Source: Candidatus Melainabacteria bacterium 17Bon1m (lineage in GTDB: Bacteria > Cyanobacteriota > Vampirovibrionia > Obscuribacterales > Obscuribacteraceae). From it: DNA of 64,000 nucleotides. Shown here in pieces: positions 20,209-30,610 of this stretch (positions are counted from its first letter, which is position 1; every line of letters starts with the position of its first letter). Made by a program: the position numbers and the translations under genes. The stretch spans positions 928,001-992,000 of the forward strand of contig JAVLKG010000002.1 in the NCBI GenBank assembly GCA_032128875.1, written 5' to 3'. The notes under the pieces are model-generated. The model saw nothing but the letters and a program-made list of their open reading frames with translations, searched no databases and had not been told where the DNA came from.

Positions 20209-22473
20209 GTGAGCGACAATTCAGACCCTATCTTTGAAGAAGAGGAGCTGACGCTTCATGATGAAGCGGCGGTCGCGAGCGAGCGCGCCAAGAAAGAAGA
20301 ATCAAAGAAAGAAGCCGCCAAAGAAGCCGCGGTCAAAGAAGCGGTGAAGGAAGCGCCCAAAAAGGACAATGGCGCTGATACCGAGCGATTTGGAAAACCC
20401 AAAGACAAGCCGGAAAGCAGTAACAAGAACATTCTTCAGTCCACTTCTGACCTTTCCTCGTCAGCTTCTTCGCGCTCTGACAGCAAGAAGCAGAGCAGCA
20501 CTACTCCTGCCTCAGGCGACTCTGGCAAAGACGAAACCTCGCTTTTCGGCAATGTCGATCCTATGGTCGGCAAGCGCATCGCCGATCGCTGGGAAATTAT
20601 GGAATTGCTCGGCGAGGGCAGTATGAGCATGGTTTATAAGGCTACTGAGGTTGAGACCGGTAAAGTTGTCGTGCTCAAATGCCTGCACTCTCACCTATTG
20701 GCAAAACTGCCCAACGTCAAGCGTTTTGAGCAGAAAGCCAAGGCCAATGCCAATCTCCGGCATCCACATATTTCGAATTTCCACGATTTTCACTTGGGTT
20801 CGGACGGGCAAGTCTATTTGATTTGCGATTTCATCAACGGTCAGAGCCTTGAAGAATTGTTGTCCAAAAGCGGTCACCTTGCCGTAGACCGTGCGATCGC
20901 GCTTTTCCTGCAGGCGATTGAAGCGCTGGAGTACGCGCACCAGGAGAAGGTTCTCCACCGCGATTTGAAGCCCAGCAATATCGTCGTTCAGAAAGAAGCG
21001 GGCGGAAAAGAACTTGCGCGCGTGGTCGACTTTGGCATTGCAAAGTTGCTTACGGACGAAACGGATGACGTCAAATCTAATCAATACATTACACACACAA
21101 GAGAGGTCTTTGGAAGTCCGCTCTACATGAGCCCTGAGCAATGTATGGGTAGAAAGTTGGATCCCCGATCCGACATCTATTCGCTGGGCTGCGTCATGTA
21201 CGAAACAATCAGCGGAAAGCCGCCATTTGTAGGCAAGAACGTTCTTGAAACGGCCTACAAACATATGAACGAAGCGCCGCGCCCTCTTGTTAGCGATTCG
21301 GCTGAAGACCGAACTTTGTCTCGCTTTGAGCTGGTTGTGCTGAAGATGTTGGCGAAAGATGCCGACAACAGATATCAGAACGTATCAGATATAAAGCATG
21401 ATCTCGAGCTTATCCATACTGCTTCCGATGACGAGTGGCAAGAGCAAGCCGTAGCACTGAAAAAGGTCACCAAGGCAAAACGACTTGAAACAAAACGGCT
21501 GCCCGTTTCTTTCGAGATGATGGTCATTTTGACTACGTCTGTTTTGCTCATTGTTGTCGTTGCTGTTTGGTCACTGTCATTCTTGAGCCCGGAAAATCAA
21601 GATTATCCTTCGTTCAACGACGATCAGCTCTGGGTTATTAATGACAAAAAACACAATCCTTCGGCGGTTCAAGACTTCGGCAATCGCGAAGAAGCTGCTC
21701 GCATGAATCTTGCTACCGTTGAGCGAGAACGCGGTCCGGATTGCCGCGAATATGCTGATGCACTCTTCAACTTGGTAGAACTATACGACAAGGCGGAACA
21801 CTGGGCTGATGCAGCGCTCAATACTACGCGCTTGATTGAAACCACCAAGAAGGTCGGCGGTCCAATGTCGCAAGGCACTTGCTACAAGCGGCTGGCGTAC
21901 TATTATTTTATGCAAGATGAGTTTGACGAGGCGATCGCAAATGCCAATACTTCGCTCGACTTGTTGGAGAAAGAATTCGGACCTGTATCTCCTTCAATGA
22001 TGCTTTCCATGCAAGTTTTGGGCGACATCTACACAAGGAAGAAAGATCTCGACAATGCGCAGCGCATCTATGAGCGCATGCTGGCGATTACTGACAGCAT
22101 GAAGGATAGAAGTCCGCTCGATTTTGCAAAATCATCGGCGAAATTGGCTGATGTATACCGGCGTCAGGGCAAGCTAGAGCTTGCGGAAAACCACTATCGG
22201 CAAGGCTTGGAGTGGGTGCAAAACACTATCGGAAAAGAAAACGCCTTTGTTCCGAAAACTATGTATGGACTCGGATTGACTCTGATGGCAGAGAAGAAGT
22301 ACAAGGAAGCCGAGCAAATGTTCAAAGACGCCCTTCCACTTGCAAAAGCATCTTTGGGTGAGCGAACTGCGCTTGTAGGCGCCATTCGCAAGCACTATTC
22401 AGATGTTCTGTGGAAGACCAACTGGGTAGCGGCGGCGATGATGAAGATCGGTTCTTCAGACACAATGAAGTGA
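20209..22473 (+). CDS. Ser/Thr kinase (possibly pseudokinase) with TM and TPR repeats
   Basis: LGEGSMSMVY, HRDLKPSN, DFG, GSPLYMSPEQ; one TM; kinesin-light-chain-like TPRs; long disordered N-terminus. Confidence 0.9.
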   Translation: MSDNSDPIFEEEELTLHDEAAVASERAKKEESKKEAAKEAAVKEAVKEAPKKDNGADTERFGKPKDKPESSNKNILQSTSDLSSSASSRSDSKKQSSTTPASGDSGKDETSLFGNVDPMVGKRIADRWEIMELLGEGSMSMVYKATEVETGKVVVLKCLHSHLLAKLPNVKRFEQKAKANANLRHPHISNFHDFHLGSDGQVYLICDFINGQSLEELLSKSGHLAVDRAIALFLQAIEALEYAHQEKVLHRDLKPSNIVVQKEAGGKELARVVDFGIAKLLTDETDDVKSNQYITHTREVFGSPLYMSPEQCMGRKLDPRSDIYSLGCVMYETISGKPPFVGKNVLETAYKHMNEAPRPLVSDSAEDRTLSRFELVVLKMLAKDADNRYQNVSDIKHDLELIHTASDDEWQEQAVALKKVTKAKRLETKRLPVSFEMMVILTTSVLLIVVVAVWSLSFLSPENQDYPSFNDDQLWVINDKKHNPSAVQDFGNREEAARMNLATVERERGPDCREYADALFNLVELYDKAEHWADAALNTTRLIETTKKVGGPMSQGTCYKRLAYYYFMQDEFDEAIANANTSLDLLEKEFGPVSPSMMLSMQVLGDIYTRKKDLDNAQRIYERMLAITDSMKDRSPLDFAKSSAKLADVYRRQGKLELAENHYRQGLEWVQNTIGKENAFVPKTMYGLGLTLMAEKKYKEAEQMFKDALPLAKASLGERTALVGAIRKHYSDVLWKTNWVAAAMMKIGSSDTMK

Positions 22474-22510
22474 GCGTCTGAAGAGTCTTTCTTTGTAGAC
22501 CAGCTAAGTC

Positions 22511-23554
22511 TTACTGAGTTTTGCTCAGTTTGTTGATGCCTTCTTGAGCGATCTTGGAGTTCGGATTGATCTCCAGAGCTTTCTTGTACTCAGTCATCGC
22601 ATCGGCTTTCTTTCCTTGTTTTTCAAGGAATTGAGCGTACTCGACGCGTGCGGTTACATCTTTTGGCGACCATTTGAGTGCTTCGAGAAACTCTTTGGTA
22701 GCTTCAGCATTGTTGCCGGTGTCAGCCAGTGACTGGGCTAGTCTTCTGTGCGCCGGAGCAAAGTTGGGTTGATACTTCAAGGCTTTTCTCTGTTCTGCTT
22801 GTGCACCCTTTTGATCACCTTGCTTGGCGAGCATCCAACCTAATCCGCTATGAGCATTCGGATGGTTTGGAGCAATTCTAATGGCGTCGCGGAATGAATC
22901 AATTGCGCGTTCAGGATTGCCGGATTCGCCGTAGATATTGCCCAAATTGACGTGAGCTTCTACACACTGTCCATCCAGTCTGAGGGCTTCTTCTTCTGCC
23001 TTGATTCCATCCTGGAATTTGTTTTGCTGCGCCATCAATACGCCCATATTGATGTGCGGTCTCGGGTCTTTCGAATCGATTTCGGCCGCTTTTTTGTAAG
23101 TTGCGATTGCATCGTCGAGCTTGCCGTTTTGCGCGTAAGCAAAACCAAGGTCAAGGGTAGCTCTCAAGCTTGTCGGCTTGAGTGCTACAGCAGTTTTGAA
23201 TTCTTCAAGAGCCTGATCCATTTTTCCTTGGTTGGCGTATAGCTGACCGAGAATAATGTGCGAGAGAAAGTATTTTGGATCGAGTTTGATCGACTGTTTT
23301 GTTTCCAAAATCGCCGTATCTTCTTCGCCCATAGCACCGAGAACCGCTCCCAGTCTTTGGTGCGCTCTGGCGTTGTCCGGTTCTTTGCGAACAATATCCC
23401 TGAATGCTGCTTCCGCTTCTTTCAGCTTCAGCTTCTTGTAGAGAAGGTCGGCTTTGTTGAAATCAGCGCTTTGTCCATCTTCTGCCAGTGCTGGAATGGC
23501 GATGGAAGCGGCGGCGATGACGGAAATTAGAGTCATCAATTTGCGGGGCGTCAT
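22511..23554 (-). CDS. Secreted multi-TPR protein
   Basis: Signal peptide (IPALA) followed by about 9 canonical 34-aa TPRs. Confidence 0.9.
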   Translation of the reverse strand: MTPRKLMTLISVIAAASIAIPALAEDGQSADFNKADLLYKKLKLKEAEAAFRDIVRKEPDNARAHQRLGAVLGAMGEEDTAILETKQSIKLDPKYFLSHIILGQLYANQGKMDQALEEFKTAVALKPTSLRATLDLGFAYAQNGKLDDAIATYKKAAEIDSKDPRPHINMGVLMAQQNKFQDGIKAEEEALRLDGQCVEAHVNLGNIYGESGNPERAIDSFRDAIRIAPNHPNAHSGLGWMLAKQGDQKGAQAEQRKALKYQPNFAPAHRRLAQSLADTGNNAEATKEFLEALKWSPKDVTARVEYAQFLEKQGKKADAMTEYKKALEINPNSKIAQEGINKLSKTQ

Positions 23555-23600
23555 TTAGGTTTCTACCTCTCGGTTCGATAGGGAATGATATTCGGAATTC

Positions 23601-24281
23601 CTAATAGTTCGCAGGAACGGCTGCAGAGCCTTTCACTATTGCTACGCCGGCTGAAGTTCCCAGCCTTGTGGCGCCGGCATCAACTAATGCTTTTGCTTTT
23701 TCAAAATCGCGAATTCCAGCGGAAGCTTTGATACCCAGCGTGGATCCTTCAATCGATTCCTTGATTAGTTTGATATCTTCTACGGTGGCACCTTTTCCGT
23801 CTTTGACGAAACCGGTCGATGTCTTGACCATGCCTGCGCCGGCTCTCACACATGCTTTCGACGCTGCAATTTTTTCTTCGTCAGTAAGCAAATCGCATTC
23901 GATGATTACCTTGACCATATGTCCTTTCGACACTTTGACGATTGATGCAATCTCAGAAGTCACATAGTCGATGTGTCCATTCTTGAGTGCCGAAATGTTG
24001 ATGACCATGTCGATTTCTTCAGCGCCTTCAGCAATCGCTCGTTGTGTTTCGGCGATTTTTACGTCGGTGAGATTTGCTCCCAGTGGAAAACCAATTACCG
24101 TTGCGACCGCGACATTGCTGGATGCCAATTCTTTTACTGCCTGTTTTACGAAGTAAGGATTGACGCAGACGGCAAAGAATTTGTTCTCCTTCGCCTCTTC
24201 GCACAGCTTGGTTATTTCACTTTCAGTGGCAGCCGGGTTGAGTAGGGTGTGGTCGATGTATTGTGCAAATTCGGCGTTCAC
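23601..24281 (-). CDS. deoC: Deoxyribose-phosphate aldolase
   Basis: IDHTLL, VIGFPLG, EIDMVIN, VKTSTGF, IKASAGIR, RLGTS. Confidence 0.97.
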   Translation of the reverse strand: MNAEFAQYIDHTLLNPAATESEITKLCEEAKENKFFAVCVNPYFVKQAVKELASSNVAVATVIGFPLGANLTDVKIAETQRAIAEGAEEIDMVINISALKNGHIDYVTSEIASIVKVSKGHMVKVIIECDLLTDEEKIAASKACVRAGAGMVKTSTGFVKDGKGATVEDIKLIKESIEGSTLGIKASAGIRDFEKAKALVDAGATRLGTSAGVAIVKGSAAVPANY

Positions 24282-24435
24282 AGCTCGTATCTCCGCGAAG
24301 GGCGCTCATCTAAACTTTGAGACAAGCTGGAATTATATCCGAATGCAGTCAAACAGCCATTATTGCTATGCAATCTCCGGTTATGAATGAATACATGCTG
24401 TACTGGCGAGTGTCTTGGAGAGATGCGGCAATAAT

Positions 24436-24465
24436 TTGACAAGCCGTATATATGTATGGTATATT
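24436..24465 (+). promoter_or_regulatory. Sigma-70 promoter with extended -10
   Basis: TTGACA (24436-41), 18-nt spacer, TGn-TATATT (24457-65). Confidence 0.65.
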
Positions 24466-24475
24466 GCTCAAATAC

Positions 24476-24547
24476 ATGGCACACAAGAACGCCAACATCA
24501 TCGAAATTGCATACATGTACTTTGGTTCCCAGTGGGTGCCTTTGTAA
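24476..24547 (+). CDS. Candidate 23-aa small peptide MAHKNANIIEIAYMYFGSQWVPL
   Basis: The ORF fills the space between the promoter and the GC hairpin; below the ORF-track length cutoff. Confidence 0.4.
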   Translation: MAHKNANIIEIAYMYFGSQWVPL

Positions 24548-24569
24548 GGGCGGGCAAGAGCCCGCCCTT
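24546..24569. terminator. GC-rich hairpin, likely bidirectional terminator (carB and the small transcript)
   Basis: AAGGGCGGGC-AAGA-GCCCGCCCTT, perfect 10-bp stem. Confidence 0.7.
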
Positions 24570-24603
24570 GCTCAGAGCGCCCCGGACGTGCTGGCCGTAT
24601 TAG

Positions 24604-27600
24604 TTAGATGGTTGCGCGTCCTGTTGATGCTTCGCGCGTGTTTATGTTCTGGTGATAATCCTGCAATGCCCGTACGGCAATTGAGCCTGATTGCATTGCG
24701 GCAATCGCTGAAGCTGTCGCCCGAGCTCCGGCAAGCGTAGTTACTACAGGAACGTTGTAGTTCACTGAAGCCCTGCGGATCATCTGGTCGTCATCGCGAG
24801 CCGTACGTCCTGATGGAATATTGATTACCAGCTGGATTTCACCGTTCTTAATGCGATCGACCAGGTTTGGACGTCCTTCCGAAACCTTGTTGACCACAAT
24901 TGCAGGAACGCCAGCCGACTTGATTGCCGCTGCTGTTCCGCGCGTTGCCACAAGTTCGAAACCGAGTTGATATAGGCTTTGCGCAACCAGCACCACTTCT
25001 TGTTTGTGTACGTCTGAAACGCTCACAAAAATGCGACCCTTGGTCGGCAGTTTGTGACCGGCAGCAATCTGAGCTTTTGCAAATGCCTGACCAAACTGCG
25101 TCGAGATGCCCATCACCTCGCCAGTAGAGCGCATTTCGGGTCCGAGTGAAATCTCGGCGCCAGGAAAACGCTTAAAAGGAATAACAACCGACTTAACCGA
25201 AACATGTGGCGGCAGCAGTCTGGGTGAGATCCCCAATTCGGACAAACTCTTGCCGACCATAACAGCTGCAGCTAATTTAGCCCATGGTACGCCCGTAGCT
25301 TTAGAGACAAAAGGCACAGTGCGACTGGCTCTCGGGTTGACTTCCAGAATGAAGAGTTCTTCTTCCCTCACAGCAAACTGAATGTTCATCAAACCGATTA
25401 CTTTCAGTTCGCGCGCCAAGTCGTTGGTTATCTTCCTGATTTCCTCGACAATCTTGAGAGGAATGGATTGCGTCGGCAACACGCAAGTGCTGTCACCCGA
25501 GTGAATGCCGGCTTCTTCGACGTGTTCCATAATGCCAGCGACGATCGTTGCACGACCATCGGAAATTGCATCGACGTCGATTTCAATTGCATTTTCCAAG
25601 AATTCATCGATAAGAACTGGCGTGTCAGGCGACACTAAGAAGCCGGATGCAAGCCATCTGGAAAATTCTTCTTCGCTGTAGATAATTTGCATTGCTCTGC
25701 CGCCCAGCACATAGCTTGGTCTGACCAGGACTGGGAAACCCACTCCTCGAGCCGCTGCCAGTGCTTCGTCCGGAGTTTTGGCAATCGCGCCTTTTGGCTG
25801 TTTGAGTTTCAGTCGTTTGATCAACTGACCAAAACGCTCGCGATCTTCTGCGATGTCGATCGATTCCGGTGACGTGCCGAGAATCTTGAATCCACGCGCT
25901 TCCAGACCTTTGGCAATCTTAAGGGGCGTTTGTCCGCCCAGCTGAACAATAATACCGTGCGGTTTTTCAACATCGGCGATATTAGTCACATCCTCGAGAG
26001 TCAGCGGTTCGAAATAGAGTCTGTCTGATACGTCGTAATCAGTAGACACTGTCTCGGGATTGGAGTTGACCATTACTGATTCAAAACCAAGGTCTCTCAT
26101 CGCCATAGTGGCATGGACGCAGCAGTAGTCGAACTCGATTCCTTGTCCGATTCTGTTGGGTCCACCGCCTAGGATCATAATGCGAGGTTTTTCTGCCGGC
26201 GGTACTTCCGATTCTTTTTCGTACGTTGAATAAAGATACGGAGTTGTAGCTTGAAATTCTGCCGCGCATGTATCGATCGTTTTATATGCAGGCACCACAT
26301 TCAGTTTTTTGCGTAACTGATAGATTTCTTCTTCCGTAGACGAGGTCAGGTGCGCGATATGCACGTCGCTAAAACCCATACGTTTGAGACGATACAGTTC
26401 ATCCTTATCCAAATTAGCTGGCGTGAGTTTTCTCTCCTTCACTTCTTTTGCTGTGTAGTGCAGGTCGACCAGATTGTCGATAAACCATGGATCAATAGAA
26501 GTTAGGTCTGTCACTTCTTCAGGCGAAATACCGGCTTCTAATGCACCAATTAAATCGGTGATTCTGTGATGGGAAGGAACCGACAAACGACGGCGCCATT
26601 CCCAAAAATCCGCTTTCAATCGAGAAGCTACAGGGGAGAAGCCCGGCAGACCCAACTCGAGACCACGCAAGGCCTTTTGAATTGCTTCTTGGAACGTGCG
26701 ACCGACAGCCATGACTTCGCCGACAGACTTCATCTGCGTTGTAAGCGTGGTGTCCGACCCGCGAAACTTTTCGAAATTGAATCGTGGCACTTTGGCGACT
26801 ACATAATCAAGAACCGGTTCGAATGACGCCGGTGTCGTGCCAGTGATGTCGTTAGCAATTTCATCCAGTGTTAGCCCGATAGCCAGTTTGGCAGCGATTT
26901 TCGCTATTGGGTAACCAGTTGCTTTACTCGCCAATGCAGATGACCGCGAAACCCGTGGGTTCATCTCAATAACAACGATGCGTCCCGATTTCGTGTCCAC
27001 ACCGAATTGAATATTTGAACCACCAGTATCCACGCCGATTGCACGAATAACTTTTATCGCAGCGTCTCTAAGCGCCTGATACTCTTTGTCGCTCAATGTT
27101 TGCACAGGCGCCACAGTAATTGAATCACCTGTGTGCACGCCCATCGCATCGAAATTCTCGATGCCGCAAATAATCACCACATTATCCAGGCGGTCGCGCA
27201 TGACCTCCAACTCGATTTCTTTCCAGCCGAGCACGCTTTCTTCCAGCAGAATCTCGCTCACCGGGCTGGCATTCAAACCATTCAATGCGATATCGTGCAA
27301 TTCTTCGTGATTGTAGGCTATGCCACCACCGGCGCCACCTAAAGTGAAAGCCGGGCGAATGATGATTGGAAAACCGATTTCTTGTGCAATTTTGTCTACT
27401 TCTGACAGATTCCTTGCGATGCCGGAATTGGGCACAAATAATCCGATTTCTTGCATTTTGTTCTTGAAAAGGTCACGGTCTTCAGCAAGTTTGATCGCGT
27501 TTAGTTTGGCGCCAATCAGTTCGACCTTGTGCTCATCAAGAAAACCCGATTCAGCTAGTTCCACTGCGACATTGAGCGCCGTCTGCCCACCCATTGTCGG

Positions 27601-27864
27601 CAACAGCGCATGTGGCTTTTCGATAGCAATGACTGCCATCGCCACTTCTTTAGTAACGGGCTCAATATAGGTCCGGTCGGCGACCTCGGGATCCGTCATG
27701 ATCGTCGCTGGATTGGAGTTGATGAGGATAACCTCGTAACCCTCTTCCTTTAACGCCTTGCAGGATTGCGTGCCCGAATAATCGAATTCACACGCCTGCC
27801 CGATAGTAATTGGACCCGCACCTAAAACAAGAATCTTCTTTATATCTGTTCGTTTTCCCTGCAT
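24604..27864 (-). CDS. carB: Carbamoyl-phosphate synthase large subunit
   Basis: [46 protein letters not shown], duplicated ATP-grasp halves, C-terminal MGS domain. Confidence 0.98.
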   Translation of the reverse strand: MQGKRTDIKKILVLGAGPITIGQACEFDYSGTQSCKALKEEGYEVILINSNPATIMTDPEVADRTYIEPVTKEVAMAVIAIEKPHALLPTMGGQTALNVAVELAESGFLDEHKVELIGAKLNAIKLAEDRDLFKNKMQEIGLFVPNSGIARNLSEVDKIAQEIGFPIIIRPAFTLGGAGGGIAYNHEELHDIALNGLNASPVSEILLEESVLGWKEIELEVMRDRLDNVVIICGIENFDAMGVHTGDSITVAPVQTLSDKEYQALRDAAIKVIRAIGVDTGGSNIQFGVDTKSGRIVVIEMNPRVSRSSALASKATGYPIAKIAAKLAIGLTLDEIANDITGTTPASFEPVLDYVVAKVPRFNFEKFRGSDTTLTTQMKSVGEVMAVGRTFQEAIQKALRGLELGLPGFSPVASRLKADFWEWRRRLSVPSHHRITDLIGALEAGISPEEVTDLTSIDPWFIDNLVDLHYTAKEVKERKLTPANLDKDELYRLKRMGFSDVHIAHLTSSTEEEIYQLRKKLNVVPAYKTIDTCAAEFQATTPYLYSTYEKESEVPPAEKPRIMILGGGPNRIGQGIEFDYCCVHATMAMRDLGFESVMVNSNPETVSTDYDVSDRLYFEPLTLEDVTNIADVEKPHGIIVQLGGQTPLKIAKGLEARGFKILGTSPESIDIAEDRERFGQLIKRLKLKQPKGAIAKTPDEALAAARGVGFPVLVRPSYVLGGRAMQIIYSEEEFSRWLASGFLVSPDTPVLIDEFLENAIEIDVDAISDGRATIVAGIMEHVEEAGIHSGDSTCVLPTQSIPLKIVEEIRKITNDLARELKVIGLMNIQFAVREEELFILEVNPRASRTVPFVSKATGVPWAKLAAAVMVGKSLSELGISPRLLPPHVSVKSVVIPFKRFPGAEISLGPEMRSTGEVMGISTQFGQAFAKAQIAAGHKLPTKGRIFVSVSDVHKQEVVLVAQSLYQLGFELVATRGTAAAIKSAGVPAIVVNKVSEGRPNLVDRIKNGEIQLVINIPSGRTARDDDQMIRRASVNYNVPVVTTLAGARATASAIAAMQSGSIAVRALQDYHQNINTREASTGRATI

Positions 27865-28120
27865 CTTAAATTTTTGGCTCCCAGTCAGCCATTGGATCTT
27901 ACATCCCTGGGGCACTTGACTGAACTGGTGAGGGGCTCAAGCAAACAAATCGAGATGAGACATAGACACCAACTCGATAAAAACTATTCTTGACATCGTT
28001 TTAAATGAACTCTGGTGGTGGCAAGAATAGAAGTAAGAGCAGTCGATGGCTGACTGCGTTTTAAGCAAAGGCTGATTTTAGATTGGCTGTCTCCGTTCGG
28101 GACGGCTCTGGGGGGATCTT

Positions 28121-29170
28121 ATGTCAATGTGCATGCAGAGAAAGTCTCTGCTAAACCTTGGCGCGAAGTTTTTGCGCGTTTTTATCTTGAGTGCTCTGGT
28201 CGTATCCCTTATGCCTAGCCAGTCTTTGGCTGGGGTAATGAGAGACGACGAAGCCAAACTGGCAAAGCAAGTGGGCTTGCCCGTTTATGAGTGGAAAAGC
28301 GATTCTGTAGAAACCCGAGGAGTGGCGATTCTGGTCCATGGACTGACCATGCACGGGGCGATCTATGACAAACTGGCGCGGCATCTAGCCGAGAAGGGTC
28401 TGATCGTCTTGGCGCCTGACCTTCACGGGTACGGTCGCTGGGCTGACGCGCCCAGCGAACAACGCCATTGCAAGGAATGCGGTGCTCAAGTTTGCTACCA
28501 AAAGAGCCGCAGGGAGCTTCTGGGTCTTGTCGACTCGGTCAAAGAGACATATCCTTCCCTTCCTCTTTATATGATCGGCGAAAGCCTTGGTGGCGATATG
28601 GTCTTGTACTGTGCCGGACAGCGCCCAAAAGCGATTGAAGGCATTGTGCTGTCCAGTCCTGCCATCAAGCGCCGTACAAATCTGGTTCCGCGGGTCTTCT
28701 GGGACGCTGGTCTTGTCAGCCATAACCTGTTCCGCCAGGTCAACCTGATTCCCTACATGAAAAAGTTCGCTTCAGAAGATCCACGCATCGTTGATGAAGC
28801 CGTTCACGATCCTCTCGTGAGGAAGAAGCTGACTGCATGGGAGCTTTTCAAAACTATGCGCACGATCAAGGCTTCGCTGCGCTACGCAGACCAAGTGCCC
28901 GCCGATATGCCGGTCTTGGTGCTTCAAGGCGATAAAGACCGCATGCTCAAGAGCAATGCAGTTTGCGACCTTCTCAAGCATTTAAGCTCGAGGGACCGCA
29001 CAGTTAAATGGTTCAAGGATAAAGGGCATCTTCTGCTCGAAACTGCCTACCTCGAGGAAGACACACTGGTAGCCGTTGATGGTTGGTTAAAAACGCACCT
29101 CAACAACGGCAACGTGGCCGATGCCTCTGTTACTGGCGTGGTTAAAGAGTCGGTGGTGTCCAGCAACTAG
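28121..29170 (+). CDS. Secreted alpha/beta hydrolase (lysophospholipase / monoglyceride lipase-like)
   Basis: LVHGL, DLHGYG, GESLGG nucleophile elbow, QGDKD, GHLL; signal peptide. Confidence 0.88.
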   Translation: MSMCMQRKSLLNLGAKFLRVFILSALVVSLMPSQSLAGVMRDDEAKLAKQVGLPVYEWKSDSVETRGVAILVHGLTMHGAIYDKLARHLAEKGLIVLAPDLHGYGRWADAPSEQRHCKECGAQVCYQKSRRELLGLVDSVKETYPSLPLYMIGESLGGDMVLYCAGQRPKAIEGIVLSSPAIKRRTNLVPRVFWDAGLVSHNLFRQVNLIPYMKKFASEDPRIVDEAVHDPLVRKKLTAWELFKTMRTIKASLRYADQVPADMPVLVLQGDKDRMLKSNAVCDLLKHLSSRDRTVKWFKDKGHLLLETAYLEEDTLVAVDGWLKTHLNNGNVADASVTGVVKESVVSSN

Positions 29171-29199
29171 ATTCATTGATTTGCAGTTTCAGGCACCTT

Positions 29200-30342
29200 T
29201 TAGCGATAGGGTGCGAGCTTCTCCTTGAGGCGGAACTGCAAATTAGTGTTGTTGGGGGCTGTGTTTGAGTTGTATTCCCATTGATTGCTGAGTCCGGAAT
29301 TGGACCAGGTATTCGGTTTCAGAAATGGGAATTTGATTGTCGGATCGAGAAATGTCGCGGAGCGCGGCACAGGCACGTTTGGCTTCTCGAGTACACGTGC
29401 ATCGGCAAGTACTTTGCGAACATCTTCAATCGGGGTCGAACCTGCCTTGCTGCCTCGGATGTCAGTCATCGCAATGACGCCTATCGCTTCAAAATTCTGA
29501 TTGAGCAGTGGCCCGCCTGAATTTCCCGGCTCTACTTTCAAGTCAGTTGCAATCACGCTGCGATTTGGGTCTTCGCCAGGTAAGAGCCCGCCCTGTATTC
29601 GCTCTTTGCCGTCTGGCGTGTAGAGCATCGATGCCAGAGTGACTTTGCCTTTGAATCCACCAGGCAAGAAACCCGACCCATCGGCAGCTAAGAACATTTT
29701 GTTTTGAGAGAATTGAGCAGGCGACTCATATGCGGAAGGCTGTTGCCAGCGTCCGCCGACTGAAAGAAATAATTCTTTGACCCCGCGTGGATAACCGAGT
29801 GCCGAAACCCTTTCGCCGGGTTGCAAATCACTATTCTCTGCCATCTTGAGAGGCTTGAATGTCTCGCCCGGTTGGCGCTGGAGGCGCAAAACCGCAAGCT
29901 CTGTCTTGGGATCGAGGTGCTCGACTTCTGCCTTGTATTTCTTGCCGTCCGGCAAAGTCACAGTAAGGCTTTCCGGCTTTGCATCTTTGACTACGTGATA
30001 GCCTGTGACCACCCGTCCGTCTGCAGTTGCGACGAATCCGCTTCCCACCGAGGGAGCCTTTTTGTCTGAACCCGCCGGCTGGGGCTGGTTTGACGTGGAC
30101 TCGACATAAACGACGCTTTCTCTGGCTTGTTTGTACATCGCCACAGTGCCGCTATTGATGCGGTAGGCTGTGACGTCATTGGGGTCCCAACGGTCTCCCG
30201 GCAATTGAGTGGGGATGCGCTCGAAACCTTCACGCAGGGGGCGCGGCTGCGCGTCCGATTGCAGCTTGTCATTGAGAGAAGCTTGGTCGGTTTTATTTTT
30301 CTGCCATTCGGACAGAAATCCCGGGATTTCGAATTGACCCAT
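29200..30342 (-). CDS. Trypsin-like (HtrA-type) serine protease lacking signal peptide and PDZ
   Basis: GSGFV, VTGYHVV, GYPRG, PGNSGGPLLN. Confidence 0.85.
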   Translation of the reverse strand: MGQFEIPGFLSEWQKNKTDQASLNDKLQSDAQPRPLREGFERIPTQLPGDRWDPNDVTAYRINSGTVAMYKQARESVVYVESTSNQPQPAGSDKKAPSVGSGFVATADGRVVTGYHVVKDAKPESLTVTLPDGKKYKAEVEHLDPKTELAVLRLQRQPGETFKPLKMAENSDLQPGERVSALGYPRGVKELFLSVGGRWQQPSAYESPAQFSQNKMFLAADGSGFLPGGFKGKVTLASMLYTPDGKERIQGGLLPGEDPNRSVIATDLKVEPGNSGGPLLNQNFEAIGVIAMTDIRGSKAGSTPIEDVRKVLADARVLEKPNVPVPRSATFLDPTIKFPFLKPNTWSNSGLSNQWEYNSNTAPNNTNLQFRLKEKLAPYR

Positions 30343-30610
30343 GTTTTGAACTAATACTGGTCGGGTTCGGTGGAAGACCTATTACTTTAAAGATCTAAGC
30401 CAGGGCAGTCACTGGGAAATTTACGTAGTGAACTTTCAGTGCAGCACCGGTTGAAACTTTCGCGAGGCAGCCGGGTTCGTTACAAAACGGACCTCATTAT
30501 CCGTCGGTAAAACTTAGTAAAACGCCTCGAATTAATTCGCTGTTTTCCTTCCATCGATAAAATCTGCATATTCAAAAGAGGCATATACCTACATCGGGTG
30601 GATTGAATAG

